A DNA stretch of 63,718 nucleotides, counting the filler, from Alphaproteobacteria bacterium (GTDB lineage: Bacteria > Pseudomonadota > Alphaproteobacteria > Caedimonadales > UBA9215): the NCBI GenBank assembly GCA_024280495.1. It is 5 parts of 5 records of this genome, joined end to end, with 100 filler letters (N's around TTAATTAATTAA, not from the genome) between each part and the next. Parts side by side here need not be neighbours in the genome. Positions count along the whole stretch, not along the records: positions 30,008 to 33,129 come from JAJRPZ010000029.1; positions 33,230 to 63,718 come from JAJRPZ010000030.1; 3 more parts are not named here. One strand, given 5' to 3'. Below the pieces are notes generated by a model, which worked only from the letters and a program-made list of their open reading frames with translations, searched no databases and was not told the DNA's origin. The position numbers and the translations under genes were made by a program. Shown here in pieces: positions 30,474 to 39,560 of this stretch; positions within the stretch are counted from its first letter, which is position 1; each line of letters opens with the position of its first letter.

Positions 30474-31184
30474 ATGTCGCTCATCACTGAAAAATTAGCC
30501 AAAACCCCTGATTTTGATCATATCGAAAACTGGGTGTTTGACCTCGACAACACGCTTTATCCGCCCGCAGCGAATTTGTTTGCCCAAATTGATGTCAAAA
30601 TGGGGGAGTTTATTCAGCAATTTTTAGAGGTGGATGCGAAAGAAGCCCGTCATATTCAAAAGAGTTATTTTCGCGATTATGGTACGACCTTGAACGGCCT
30701 GATGAATAATCACGACATGCACCCTGACCTTTATCTCGATTATGTTCACGATATTGACCATAGCGTGCTGTCGCCTGATCTTGCGCTGGAAGAGGGGTTG
30801 AGCGGGATAGAAGGGCGTAAAATTATTTTTACCAATGGTTCTGTGGCCCATGCCGAAAAGGTGTTATTGGCGCTCGGTATTGCTCATCATTTTGATGAGT
30901 TATATGACATTGCCGCCGCTGAATTTAACCCAAAGCCGCACCGAGAAACCTATCAACGTTTTGTCAATCAGACCAATATTGACCCGAACGCCTCTGCCAT
31001 GTTTGAAGATATGGTCGTGAACCTCGAAGTCCCTCATGACATGGGTATGGCCACCATTCTGGTTCAAGGCGAAGGCGAACACCCCGACAAAGGCTGGATC
31101 ACCCCCGCCACAGGCGACGAAGATTTTGTTCATCATGTGACAAAAGATTTAGCTGGGTTTTTGAAGGGGCTTAAGGATGCGTGA
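30474..31184 (+). CDS. Pyrimidine 5'-nucleotidase (HAD, SDT1-like)
   Basis: WVFDLDNTLY, YGTTLNGL, IFTNG, PKP, MFED; usual neighbour of dapD. Confidence 0.92.
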   Translation: MSLITEKLAKTPDFDHIENWVFDLDNTLYPPAANLFAQIDVKMGEFIQQFLEVDAKEARHIQKSYFRDYGTTLNGLMNNHDMHPDLYLDYVHDIDHSVLSPDLALEEGLSGIEGRKIIFTNGSVAHAEKVLLALGIAHHFDELYDIAAAEFNPKPHRETYQRFVNQTNIDPNASAMFEDMVVNLEVPHDMGMATILVQGEGEHPDKGWITPATGDEDFVHHVTKDLAGFLKGLKDA

Positions 31185-32052
31185 GCAGACGATGTTGTTG
31201 GTTTCTAGGGAAGAGGCTAGGGCGAAGTTGGAAAGGCAGATTGAGCAGGGGATGGAAAAGAATACGTCCTCTGGTTATGATCTAGGAAGTGGGATGTCAG
31301 GAACTTCTTATCTTATTAATACACCTAGAGGCAGAATGTTTTCTTCCGATAAAGGAAAATCATTTAAAAGGTACAGACTTTGGTCTGATTATAACCGAAC
31401 ACTTTTAAAACAAATTTTTTCAACGGACGAAGTTGAAAAAGAATATAGTAAAGTAATCAACAATGAGACTCACTTGCTCTCATTTTCGGATAGGTATGCT
31501 GATGCTGAAATAGAAGTGTTAGAATCAATATTGGAACGCCTTGAACTATACCCAGAATGGATCAATGAAAGCAAATCTCATATTACACCTACTCACATAA
31601 ATCAAGATATAGACAAATCCAAAGTCTTTATCGTTCATGGTCATGATGATCTTGCCAAAACTGAGGTTGCTCGTTTAATTGAAAGTCTTGGCTTTGGGGT
31701 TATCATTCTACATGAACAAGTAAGCCAAGGCCAAACAATTATTGAGAAAATAGAACATTATTCAGATGTAGGGTTTGGCGTTGTGCTTTATACGTCTTGT
31801 GATGTTGGAGCTGCCCAAACAAATCCTAAAAATTTGCAAGGTCGTGCCAGACAAAATGTAGTGTTTGAGCATGGTTTTCTTATTGGGAAACTGGGGCGGA
31901 AGAATGTTGCTGCCCTCGTTAAGGGTGATATTGAAAAACCAAATGATATTTCTGGCGTTGTTTATATTTCAATGGAGGACGAAGGCTGGAAATATAATCT
32001 TGCCAAGGAGCTGAAAGCTGCTGGTTATGATGTTGATATGAATAAAATCTAA
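31177..32052 (+). CDS. TIR-like nucleotide-binding domain protein (Cap12/Pycsar-type TIR)
   Basis: KVFIVHGHD, LHEQ...TIIEK, RARQNVVFEHGFLIGKLGR, PNDISGVVY. Confidence 0.88.
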   Translation: MREQTMLLVSREEARAKLERQIEQGMEKNTSSGYDLGSGMSGTSYLINTPRGRMFSSDKGKSFKRYRLWSDYNRTLLKQIFSTDEVEKEYSKVINNETHLLSFSDRYADAEIEVLESILERLELYPEWINESKSHITPTHINQDIDKSKVFIVHGHDDLAKTEVARLIESLGFGVIILHEQVSQGQTIIEKIEHYSDVGFGVVLYTSCDVGAAQTNPKNLQGRARQNVVFEHGFLIGKLGRKNVAALVKGDIEKPNDISGVVYISMEDEGWKYNLAKELKAAGYDVDMNKI

Positions 32053-32244
32053 CGTCATATTTTACCTCCCCAAAAAAGGACCCTCGGTGTCATTGCGTGC
32101 GCCGCCGCGCAATCTATAACCACTGAAGCTGCAATTTAAAATTGATGATTGCCACTATATTATATGCTTTAAACGTGCTGTTGAAGGGTAATTCCGTGTT
32201 GCGCTCAGTGTTATGGGTATCGCGGCGGAGCTCGGCATGACACG
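32050..32244 (+). repeat. Palindromic repeat unit A
   Basis: GTGTCATTGCGTGCGCCGCCGCGCAATCTATAACCACTG (from 32087) pairs imperfectly with CAGTGTTATGGGTATCGCGGCGGAGCTCGGCATGACAC (to 32243). Confidence 0.8.
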
Positions 32245-32316
32245 TGTTTTAAGGTTTTTAATACATTGCAATTTGGTTGCCTGTGATTGAGGTAAGCTCT
32301 AGTTGTGCCCCGCCCA

Positions 32317-32496
32317 TAACGTTAAAATTTCTTCCCTCCAAAAAAGCACCCTCCCGTGTCATTGCGTGCGCCGCCGCGCAATCCATAACCACTGTAGTTG
32401 CAATTTGAAAGTAATTGTTGTTATTATGTTCTCTTGTGATAGAGTGCAGGAATATCTTATTTTTGTGGTTTTGGTGGCATTCCCACCATGACACGG
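32317..32496 (+). repeat. Palindromic repeat unit B
   Basis: 32317-32410 is a ~92-bp direct repeat of 32050-32141; CCGTGTCAT (32354) pairs with ATGACACGG (ends 32496); right arm otherwise decayed. Confidence 0.75.
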
Positions 32497-32838
32497 TTCG
32501 TTGTTCTAAGGATAGTGTGTGTTGTGAGTGCGTATATCAAAAATTATTATATCAAGTCCTACCATGTTTATTTGCTAACCAATAAAAAGCATGGAACGCT
32601 CTATATTGGTATGACCAGCGATTTATCGAAACGGATAGAGCAGCATAAAACAGAGGTGTTTGAAGGTTTTTCCAAAAAATATGGTTTAAAAAGACTGGTT
32701 TATTATGAATCTTATGAAGATGTGAACGAGGCTATAAGGCGTGAAAAGCAGTTGAAAAATTGGAAGCGGGTATGGAAAATTGCTTTGATTGAAGCAGAAA
32801 ATGTGGATTGGTGTGATCTTTATCCAAGCTTACAGTAA
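32488..32838 (+). CDS. GIY-YIG nuclease (small, YhbQ/UPF0213-like)
   Basis: YHVYLL....GTLYIGMTSDLSKRIEQHK...FSKKY..LVYYE...AIRREKQLKNWKR.WK; start uncertain. Confidence 0.92.
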   Translation: MTRFVVLRIVCVVSAYIKNYYIKSYHVYLLTNKKHGTLYIGMTSDLSKRIEQHKTEVFEGFSKKYGLKRLVYYESYEDVNEAIRREKQLKNWKRVWKIALIEAENVDWCDLYPSLQ

Positions 32839-32992
32839 TTTTATTGTATTGGACTTTCAAAAACCCAAAAGCTAAAAAGGAAAAAATCCCCACAAACGCA
32901 CAGGGGGCAAACACTAAGGATTGACTTGACGCGGCAAAACTTTAAATTGCGCTTAAATCCTCCTTGTTTATTTTATGAAAGCACAACGAATT

Positions 32993-33129
32993 ATGAGTAA
33001 CTTGCAAACAACCATTGAAACAGCCTATGATAATGTTGCCGATGTAAACCTTGAAACAAAGGGCGAAATTCGCGATGCGGTTGAGGAATGTCTGAACCTG
33101 CTTGATAGTGGTGAAATGCGCGTTGCTGA
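32993..33129 (+). CDS. dapD: Tetrahydrodipicolinate N-succinyltransferase, N-terminal fragment
   Basis: LQTTIETAY...[20 protein letters not shown] resembles the DapD N-terminus; cut by linker. Confidence 0.85.
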
Positions 33130-33229
33130 NNNNNNNNNNNNNNNNNNNNNNNNNNNNNNNNNNNNNNNNNNNNTTAATTAATTAANNNNNNNNNNNNNNN
33201 NNNNNNNNNNNNNNNNNNNNNNNNNNNNN
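33130..33229. other. Artificial contig linker
   Basis: 44 N + TTAATTAATTAA + 44 N. Confidence 0.98.
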
Positions 33230-33294
33230 ACAACAAGAGCTATGAGAATAATGGCACCATGACGATTACTTTTAGGGAGGGACGATTGAGACAC
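33230..33294 (-). CDS. Probable start of cytochrome c oxidase assembly protein CtaG/Cox11 (cut by linker)
   Basis: GTG-start peptide MSQSSLPKSNRHGAIILIALV leading into a hydrophobic stretch; call rests mostly on position in the cox cluster. Confidence 0.45.
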
Positions 33295-33306
33295 CTACTT
33301 TAGGTC

Positions 33307-33447
33307 CTAACCCGTTTTAATACGCAGGAGGCCAAGGCCATAAAAAATCACCGCAAAAATCACAAGAAAGCCAAACAGCGCCCAATTTCGTGATTTGAGA
33401 GCATCAACTTTTGTAGTAATGGTTTTGAGTTGTTTTTTGTGTGACAT
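33307..33447 (-). CDS. Small single-TM protein of the cox cluster (CoxF-like, 46 aa)
   Basis: Own translation MSHKKQLKTITTKVDALKSRNWALFGFLVIFAVIFYGLGLLRIKTG; RN-TM-FY pattern directly after ctaB; too short for the ORF track. Confidence 0.7.
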   Translation of the reverse strand: MSHKKQLKTITTKVDALKSRNWALFGFLVIFAVIFYGLGLLRIKTG

Positions 33448-33455
33448 ATTAAATC

Positions 33456-34484
33456 CTATGAAATAAAAAGTGTGTCTATTAAGAGGCTGGAAAAAAGAAA
33501 AAACAGATAAAAAATACTATAGCCAAAAAGTTTCATACCATAGGATGGCTTTGAAGATGCATAAAGTTTCAGGCTTAAAGCAATGTAAAAAGCCCCTAAA
33601 AGCAAAGCAGAAGTTATATAAAAAGGCGATATAGGTTTAACGAACAGAATGCTCAGGCTCGTTATAACCAAAAGAATAGAGTAAAAAACAATTTGTTTTT
33701 TTGTTTTTTTTATCCCTGCAGTAAGGGGCATCATAGGGATTTTTGCTTTTTTATAGTCTTCTGAACGATACACAGCCAGGGCCCAAAAATGAGACGGTGT
33801 CCAAATGAAAATAATAGCAAAAAGAATCCAAGGCTCAAAACCCGCAAGGGAATTTGTAGCCGCAGCCCATCCAATAACTGGGGGAAAAGCCCCAGCTGCG
33901 CCACCTATAACAATATTTTGAGACGTGCTGCGCTTGAGGAATACTGTGTAAATTACCGCGTAAAAGAAAATGGAAAATGCAAGAAGGCTTGCAGCTAAGA
34001 AATTTGTCGCCATGTAAAGAAGCATGACAGACGTAATGGAAAGTAGCCAAGCAAAAGCAAGGGCATCATTGGGGGCGATATGTCCTTGGGGAAGGGGGCG
34101 TTTTTGGGTGCGTTTCATTATGAGATCAATGTCTCGATCATACCACATGTTAAAGGCAGCAGCGCCAGCAGACCCTAAGGAAATGGCAAAAATTGCAATG
34201 AGGCTTAAAAAAGGGTGGAGGGGAGACGGACTCAAAAACAACCCTGCAGCGGCAGTATAAACCACAAGTATTAGGACTCCAGGTTTCGCTAATGTTAAAA
34301 AATCTTGAGGTGTGGCAAGGTTTGAATTTGTGGAAAAATTAGAAACCAATGGTGTTGGTGTTCCTCGACATTGGATGCAAAAGTCCACAAATATTTTATG
34401 CAAGAAAGACAATAGCACCCTTTGCCGTGTTATTAAGGGTGCCATTAAGTTTTGGACAAAAGAAGAACGAAAAGTTGATTTCAT
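33456..34484 (-). CDS. ctaB: Protoheme IX farnesyltransferase (heme O synthase)
   Basis: NMWYDRDID..MKRT..RP, QNIVIGGAAGAFPP, WTPSHFWAL; start uncertain. Confidence 0.95.
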   Translation of the reverse strand: MKSTFRSSFVQNLMAPLITRQRVLLSFLHKIFVDFCIQCRGTPTPLVSNFSTNSNLATPQDFLTLAKPGVLILVVYTAAAGLFLSPSPLHPFLSLIAIFAISLGSAGAAAFNMWYDRDIDLIMKRTQKRPLPQGHIAPNDALAFAWLLSITSVMLLYMATNFLAASLLAFSIFFYAVIYTVFLKRSTSQNIVIGGAAGAFPPVIGWAAATNSLAGFEPWILFAIIFIWTPSHFWALAVYRSEDYKKAKIPMMPLTAGIKKTKKQIVFYSILLVITSLSILFVKPISPFYITSALLLGAFYIALSLKLYASSKPSYGMKLFGYSIFYLFFLFSSLLIDTLFIS

Positions 34485-34504
34485 AAAAGGGCTCTTTTTT
34501 TGTC

Positions 34505-36130
34505 TTATTTGATTTGGGGTTGAGTTTGAAACGTATGGTGCGGTGCAGGAGAAGGGACAGTCCACTCTAAAGTTGTGGCACCTTCGCCCCAATAATTTGC
34601 GCCTACTTTTTTACCCCGAAAAATAGTATGAAGGGCAACAAAAATAAAGAACAAACCTGCAAATCCACTTATGAAACCACCTATAGAGGCAACATAATTC
34701 CAACCAGCATAGGCATCTGGATAATCAGGAATACGGCGCGGCATTCCTGCAAGACCCAAGAAATGCATAGGGAAAAAGAGCATGTTCACGCCAATGAATG
34801 TGAGGGCAAAGTGAATGCGGCCAAAGGTTTCATTGTACTGGCGCCCAGACATTTTACCAATCCAGTAATAAAAACCAGCAAACAAAGAAAAGAGCGCTCC
34901 CATGGATAATACATAGTGAAAGTGCCCAACAACATAATAAGTGTCATGGAGAGTAATATCGATGCCCGCATTGGCAAGAACGATTCCCGTTAATCCCCCA
35001 AGGGTAAATAGGAATATAAAGCCAATGGCAAAAAGCATGGGTACGGTGAACCTGATGGATCCTCCCCACATGGTGGCAATCCAGCTAAAGACCTTGATAC
35101 CAGTTGGTACCGCGATCACTAGGGTCGCCGCCGTGAAATAGGCGTTCGCATTGGCGCTCATACCAACGGTGAACATATGATGTGCCCATACGATAAAGCC
35201 CAGAAATCCAATACCAACCATGGCATAGGCCATCCCAAGATATCCAAACACTGGCTTTTTAGAGAATGTTGAAATCACATGACTGATAATACCAAAACCT
35301 GGCAATATCATGATGTAAACTTCGGGGTGACCAAAGAACCAAAATAAATGTTGGAATAAAAGAGGGTCACCGCCACCTGCAGGATCAAAGAAAGTCGTTG
35401 CAAAATTTCTGTCAGTTAAAAGCATGGTGATGCCACCAGCAAGTACGGGAACGGATAAAAGTAACAGAAATGCCGTGACCAGCATAGCCCAACCGAAAAG
35501 AGGCATCTTATGCATGGTCATGCCTGGAGCACGCATATTAAAGAGAGTTACGATAAAATTAATGGCTCCTAAAATAGAAGAAAGACCCGCAAGGTGCAAA
35601 CCAAAGAGTGCGAAGTCTACGGCCATATCTTCATGTCCCATCAAGGAACTGAGAGGTGGGTAAGCCGTCCACCCCGTTCCTGCACCTGCGCCAATAACCG
35701 TTGAAAGTGCCACCATAATAAAGGCTGGAATGATGAGCCAAAAACTGATGTTGTTCATGCGGGGAAAGGCCATGTCTGGTGCGCCAATCATCAAAGGCAT
35801 CATCCAGTTTCCAAAGCCTCCAATAAGACCTGGCATGACAACAAAGAAAATCATGATTAAGCCATGGGCCGTGATAATAACATTATAATATTGTTTGAGG
35901 TCTGTTGTACCAGAAAGGTATTCGAGGCCTGGCTCCATCAACTGGGCGCGGATCATCATGGAAAAAGCTCCACCAATGATAGAGGCAAAGATAGAGAAAA
36001 TGATATACATCGTGCCTATATCTTTATGATTGGTTGATAAGACCCAACGACGCCACCCTGTTGGAGCATGGTGATCGTGCCCGTGGCTCGGTGGTGTCGT
36101 TTTCGGGGCTTGTGCAGCAACTGTACTCAT
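34505..36130 (-). CDS. ctaD: Cytochrome c oxidase subunit I
   Basis: [40 protein letters not shown]. Confidence 0.98.
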   Translation of the reverse strand: MSTVAAQAPKTTPPSHGHDHHAPTGWRRWVLSTNHKDIGTMYIIFSIFASIIGGAFSMMIRAQLMEPGLEYLSGTTDLKQYYNVIITAHGLIMIFFVVMPGLIGGFGNWMMPLMIGAPDMAFPRMNNISFWLIIPAFIMVALSTVIGAGAGTGWTAYPPLSSLMGHEDMAVDFALFGLHLAGLSSILGAINFIVTLFNMRAPGMTMHKMPLFGWAMLVTAFLLLLSVPVLAGGITMLLTDRNFATTFFDPAGGGDPLLFQHLFWFFGHPEVYIMILPGFGIISHVISTFSKKPVFGYLGMAYAMVGIGFLGFIVWAHHMFTVGMSANANAYFTAATLVIAVPTGIKVFSWIATMWGGSIRFTVPMLFAIGFIFLFTLGGLTGIVLANAGIDITLHDTYYVVGHFHYVLSMGALFSLFAGFYYWIGKMSGRQYNETFGRIHFALTFIGVNMLFFPMHFLGLAGMPRRIPDYPDAYAGWNYVASIGGFISGFAGLFFIFVALHTIFRGKKVGANYWGEGATTLEWTVPSPAPHHTFQTQPQIK

Positions 36131-36193
36131 TGTTCTTCCTTTGATTTTCTTATACCCCCTCTTAGTTGGAGCGTTTTATAATTTGTCTTTATA

Positions 36194-37054
36194 TTATGCA
36201 GCAGGTGTTTGAGTTCCTGTGGGGGTATTTTTTTCTAATTTTTTATCATCCTTTGTGGTTGGTAATTTACCACCTTCTTTAATGACCCAGGCATCAAATT
36301 CTTCTTGAGAAACTGCTGTCACTGCAATAGACATAAAACCATGTCCACTGCCACATAATTCTGAACATTGACCATAATAGGTACCTGGTTTATTGACGCG
36401 AACCCATGTTTCTCGAATGCGCCCAGGAACGGTGTCTTGTTTAATACCAAAGGCAGGAACAGCCCAGCTATGCAAAACGTCTGCGGATGCGGCAAGGATA
36501 CGGACATTTTTACCAACTGGCAAGATCACATGACGATCGACCTCGAGATTTCGGAGTTGCCCAGGCTTTAGTTGATCTTTGTTTAGCATAAAAGAGTCAA
36601 AACTTATATTATGGTCTGGGTATTCATATTCCCAGTACCATTGATGCCCAATAACCTTAACGGTCATGTCAGCATTCTCGGTTTTATCCATAAAGTAAAT
36701 AAGTTTAATGGAGGGAAAAGCAATTGTGGCAACGATGATTACGGGTACCAACGTCCATAATATTTCAAGGGGGACGTTATGGGTTGTTGTTGAAGCCACA
36801 GGATTTTTATTTGCTCGAAAACGCCATAGGGTAAAGGCGAGTACTGCGGTTACTAAAAGTAAAATGATGGAAATCGTCCACATAAGACTTGTATGCATGC
36901 TGTCAATGCGTTCCATCACAGGGCTCGCGGCATCTTGATACCAAAGCTGCCAATCCATAGGGGCACCAGCCACCGCAGGCCCGAGTAGTAAAAGGGGCAT
37001 GAAAAGGTAGAAAAGTGCTTGTGGTGAAAATTTTGAGAGGACAGGATGAGTCAT
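36194..37054 (-). CDS. ctaC: Cytochrome c oxidase subunit II
   Basis: GHQWYWEYEY, DVLHSW, CuA motif CSELCGSGHGFM. Confidence 0.98.
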   Translation of the reverse strand: MTHPVLSKFSPQALFYLFMPLLLLGPAVAGAPMDWQLWYQDAASPVMERIDSMHTSLMWTISIILLLVTAVLAFTLWRFRANKNPVASTTTHNVPLEILWTLVPVIIVATIAFPSIKLIYFMDKTENADMTVKVIGHQWYWEYEYPDHNISFDSFMLNKDQLKPGQLRNLEVDRHVILPVGKNVRILAASADVLHSWAVPAFGIKQDTVPGRIRETWVRVNKPGTYYGQCSELCGSGHGFMSIAVTAVSQEEFDAWVIKEGGKLPTTKDDKKLEKNTPTGTQTPAA

Positions 37055-37259
37055 TGCAATTTCTTTTTTTATTTATTTACGAATATTTTAGCGCTTTTAG
37101 GACGATGCGCAAGGAGAAAGAGAAATAAGAATGAATATCAGTAAAATATTTTTTAATTTTTATTAAGAAACAAATGGATAACTATAATTAAACACTTTTT
37201 TTATTGACTATAGAGTTGCAATTCTCTAACGATATTTATGTGTAACAAAGGAATTAATA

Positions 37260-38843
37260 ATGAAAAAATTATTAACTAAATTATCATGTGCTGCTTTTCT
37301 GTTTTGTGCAATTTCTCAAAACGCACTTGCTTCTACGGCTTCGGTACCTGAAACCGTTGCCTATTCATTTAAAGCTGGCGCTGGCCGCCCTGGTACCATT
37401 CATCCAAATGGCAGACAAGCCCATACTCTGAGATATGAAGTCCCCGTTGTCACAGCGGAGCAAATTCAGGATTTGGATTTGGAGTCATTTCTAGAAGTAA
37501 GCCATAATAACGCCGTGGTCCATTATGTTTTTGCTTTTAAGCGCCCGAAGGGGACCATGTCTAGCAATACTTTTTCGGAACATATTCAATTTGCTGTTAT
37601 GCCTGAAATAGGCTCAAATCTACGTATGGGAACGGCTCCTTCAAACCTAAAGACAGCGACAGATCTTATTAATGGCTTTTTTGAAGCTCAGCCTTTTTCT
37701 GAACCTCTTAAAGAAGAAAATGTGATCATGCATCTATTTATATCGGATGAGCGAATAGAAGATTCAGGTGCAGTTTTACTTAATCCTGGTAGTAAGGGGG
37801 CTCGTGTTAGTGAGCTTTCCAAGGGAGAAGCATATGCAAGGGCAGGGTTTCCTTGTTTGATTCCTGATATTGTAGGAAGTGAACAAAAAGCCTCTATTGT
37901 TGATAATCAGCTTCAGGAAAGTATGCTTGCCAACGGGACGTTCGTTCAAATTTGCCACAGGCTTTTATCTGGAATGAAAGGTGTCAATCGTGAAAAAATC
38001 ATATGGCATGGTGAATCCATTGGAACGGCTCAAATATTAGCGGCTTTAATGCCAGAAATCATTGATATTTTCGAGGAAGCATTTGTTCCCCCTACTTTTA
38101 TTGCATTGAATGATTTTGCAACGACCCTAATAACCACTGGATATAATGATTCGCCCATTTGGGATATTCCAACACGTATTTCTGGTGGAACTAAAGATAA
38201 TTTTACGTCACTGGACCAGGTTTATGCTTTTTTAAAAGCCCATAATCCCAAGGGAGAAAATGACCCCTTAAAAGTCGTTGTGGAGCATGGCCAAGGGCAT
38301 GACTCAGGAACATATGCCATTGATAATATGGATCAAGAAGAAGGGGCCTATAATCTTGAAAATGCCCTGAATTACAATGGTTTATGGGCTAGTTTAACGG
38401 GGTCTATGTCGAAAATACGCGCCGCTGTTATAACTCTTGATGATCCTTCTAAACTTATACCTCTTATGGGGCCCTATATGGAAGAAAAACTAAATCTTCA
38501 TCCAGTTGGTCTTGAAATTATGAGACAAAATTTATTGGATTATCGTAAGAATGGCGTGGACGATAATATCGAGGGTAAAATTGGCTATTTTGTTAAAGGT
38601 ATATCCTCTTCGGTTAAGGGGTATATTATTGATGACGTTGTTCCTGACGGTGTATACGCGTTTAATCCCTTGCAGGCGTCTGATTTTTTGAAGTGTTTTC
38701 CTGCGGGTGCTTTCTTTGGTTCAGAGTCTGAGGAAATAGCAGAAGATCTTATTGTAAAAACCATGGAGCACGTTCTTTATCATGCAGGTGTTGGATCAAA
38801 ACCATTTGAATATGATGATCTGGACTGGGATGTTCTTTATTAA
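37260..38843 (+). CDS. Orphan secreted protein with putative alpha/beta-hydrolase catalytic triad
   Basis: Signal peptide MKKLLTKLSCAAFLFCAISQNALA; WHGESIG (GxSxG), GTKDNFT, GQGHD in the expected order. Confidence 0.6.
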   Translation: MKKLLTKLSCAAFLFCAISQNALASTASVPETVAYSFKAGAGRPGTIHPNGRQAHTLRYEVPVVTAEQIQDLDLESFLEVSHNNAVVHYVFAFKRPKGTMSSNTFSEHIQFAVMPEIGSNLRMGTAPSNLKTATDLINGFFEAQPFSEPLKEENVIMHLFISDERIEDSGAVLLNPGSKGARVSELSKGEAYARAGFPCLIPDIVGSEQKASIVDNQLQESMLANGTFVQICHRLLSGMKGVNREKIIWHGESIGTAQILAALMPEIIDIFEEAFVPPTFIALNDFATTLITTGYNDSPIWDIPTRISGGTKDNFTSLDQVYAFLKAHNPKGENDPLKVVVEHGQGHDSGTYAIDNMDQEEGAYNLENALNYNGLWASLTGSMSKIRAAVITLDDPSKLIPLMGPYMEEKLNLHPVGLEIMRQNLLDYRKNGVDDNIEGKIGYFVKGISSSVKGYIIDDVVPDGVYAFNPLQASDFLKCFPAGAFFGSESEEIAEDLIVKTMEHVLYHAGVGSKPFEYDDLDWDVLY

Positions 38844-38845
38844 AC

Positions 38846-38952
38846 TATAGTCATTCCAAAAACATCCAAGACGTCGTCAATCACTCCCGCGTCTATAAGT
38901 TATAGGCGTTGGTCCCTCGCTCCTAGACAGGAACTTTTTTGGAAAGACTATA
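38846..38952 (+). mobile_element. ~107-bp palindromic miniature element, copy 4
   Basis: TATAGTCATTCCAAAAA...TTTTTGGAAAGACTATA between convergent genes. Confidence 0.93.
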
Positions 38953-38967
38953 CTATAATAAGTCGAA

Positions 38968-39393
38968 TCATTTCTCTTTTGCCAATAGATCCCGAATTTC
39001 AAGGAGGACTTTTTCTTCGGGGCCTTTTTTACGGCTGATTTTAAATTCCTCTCGCTTGTGTAGTGCCATGAGTTTGTGGATAACGAAGTACAAAACAAAA
39101 CCAGTGATAAAAAATGTCATAAGAGCATTGAGAAATAGGCCGTAATTTAAGGTGATTGCACCAGCATTTTGAGCCATGACGAGGCTTTTATAGGGAGGTA
39201 AGGGGACTCCATTTCTAAGGGTTATAAAAAGATCACTAAAATCAATGTTATCAATAATAAGCCCAAGGGGAGGGGACATAATATCGGTTACGAGAGATTT
39301 CACTAAGGTCGTAAAGGCGGCTCCAATCATAATACCCGTGGACATATCCACAACGTTGCCTTTTAAAATAAATTTTTTAAAACCTTCAAACAT
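38968..39393 (-). CDS. mscL: Large-conductance mechanosensitive channel
   Basis: FKKFILKGNVVDM, IGAAF, NYGLFLN, LLEIRDLL. Confidence 0.96.
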   Translation of the reverse strand: MFEGFKKFILKGNVVDMSTGIMIGAAFTTLVKSLVTDIMSPPLGLIIDNIDFSDLFITLRNGVPLPPYKSLVMAQNAGAITLNYGLFLNALMTFFITGFVLYFVIHKLMALHKREEFKISRKKGPEEKVLLEIRDLLAKEK

Positions 39394-39560
39394 TAATGCA
39401 TTCCATTTTCCTGTTATGTTCTTTTAATTTTAAGCTCTCTTTTTAAAGAAAACAAGGCGAGAACTAATATATGTTTATGAATTTTAGGATTACCCTTTTG
39501 GTTTTTGGGCATTTCCGTTATAAAGAAATAAGAACTTTTTTGTAATAAGGAATAGAAATC

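Noticed and set aside
30474..32052. Complete Pycsar or CBASS system (pyrimidine enzyme + TIR)
   Set aside because: The upstream gene is a housekeeping HAD nucleotidase, not a cyclase; no CD-NTase or PycC in the contig
32050..32496. CRISPR array
   Set aside because: Only two long units, no 25-45-bp repeat/spacer periodicity, no cas genes
5079..33229. Four identical TTAATTAATTAA motifs flanked by N runs
   Set aside because: Artificial joins with identical 100-bp layout; not biological, and synteny across them is meaningless
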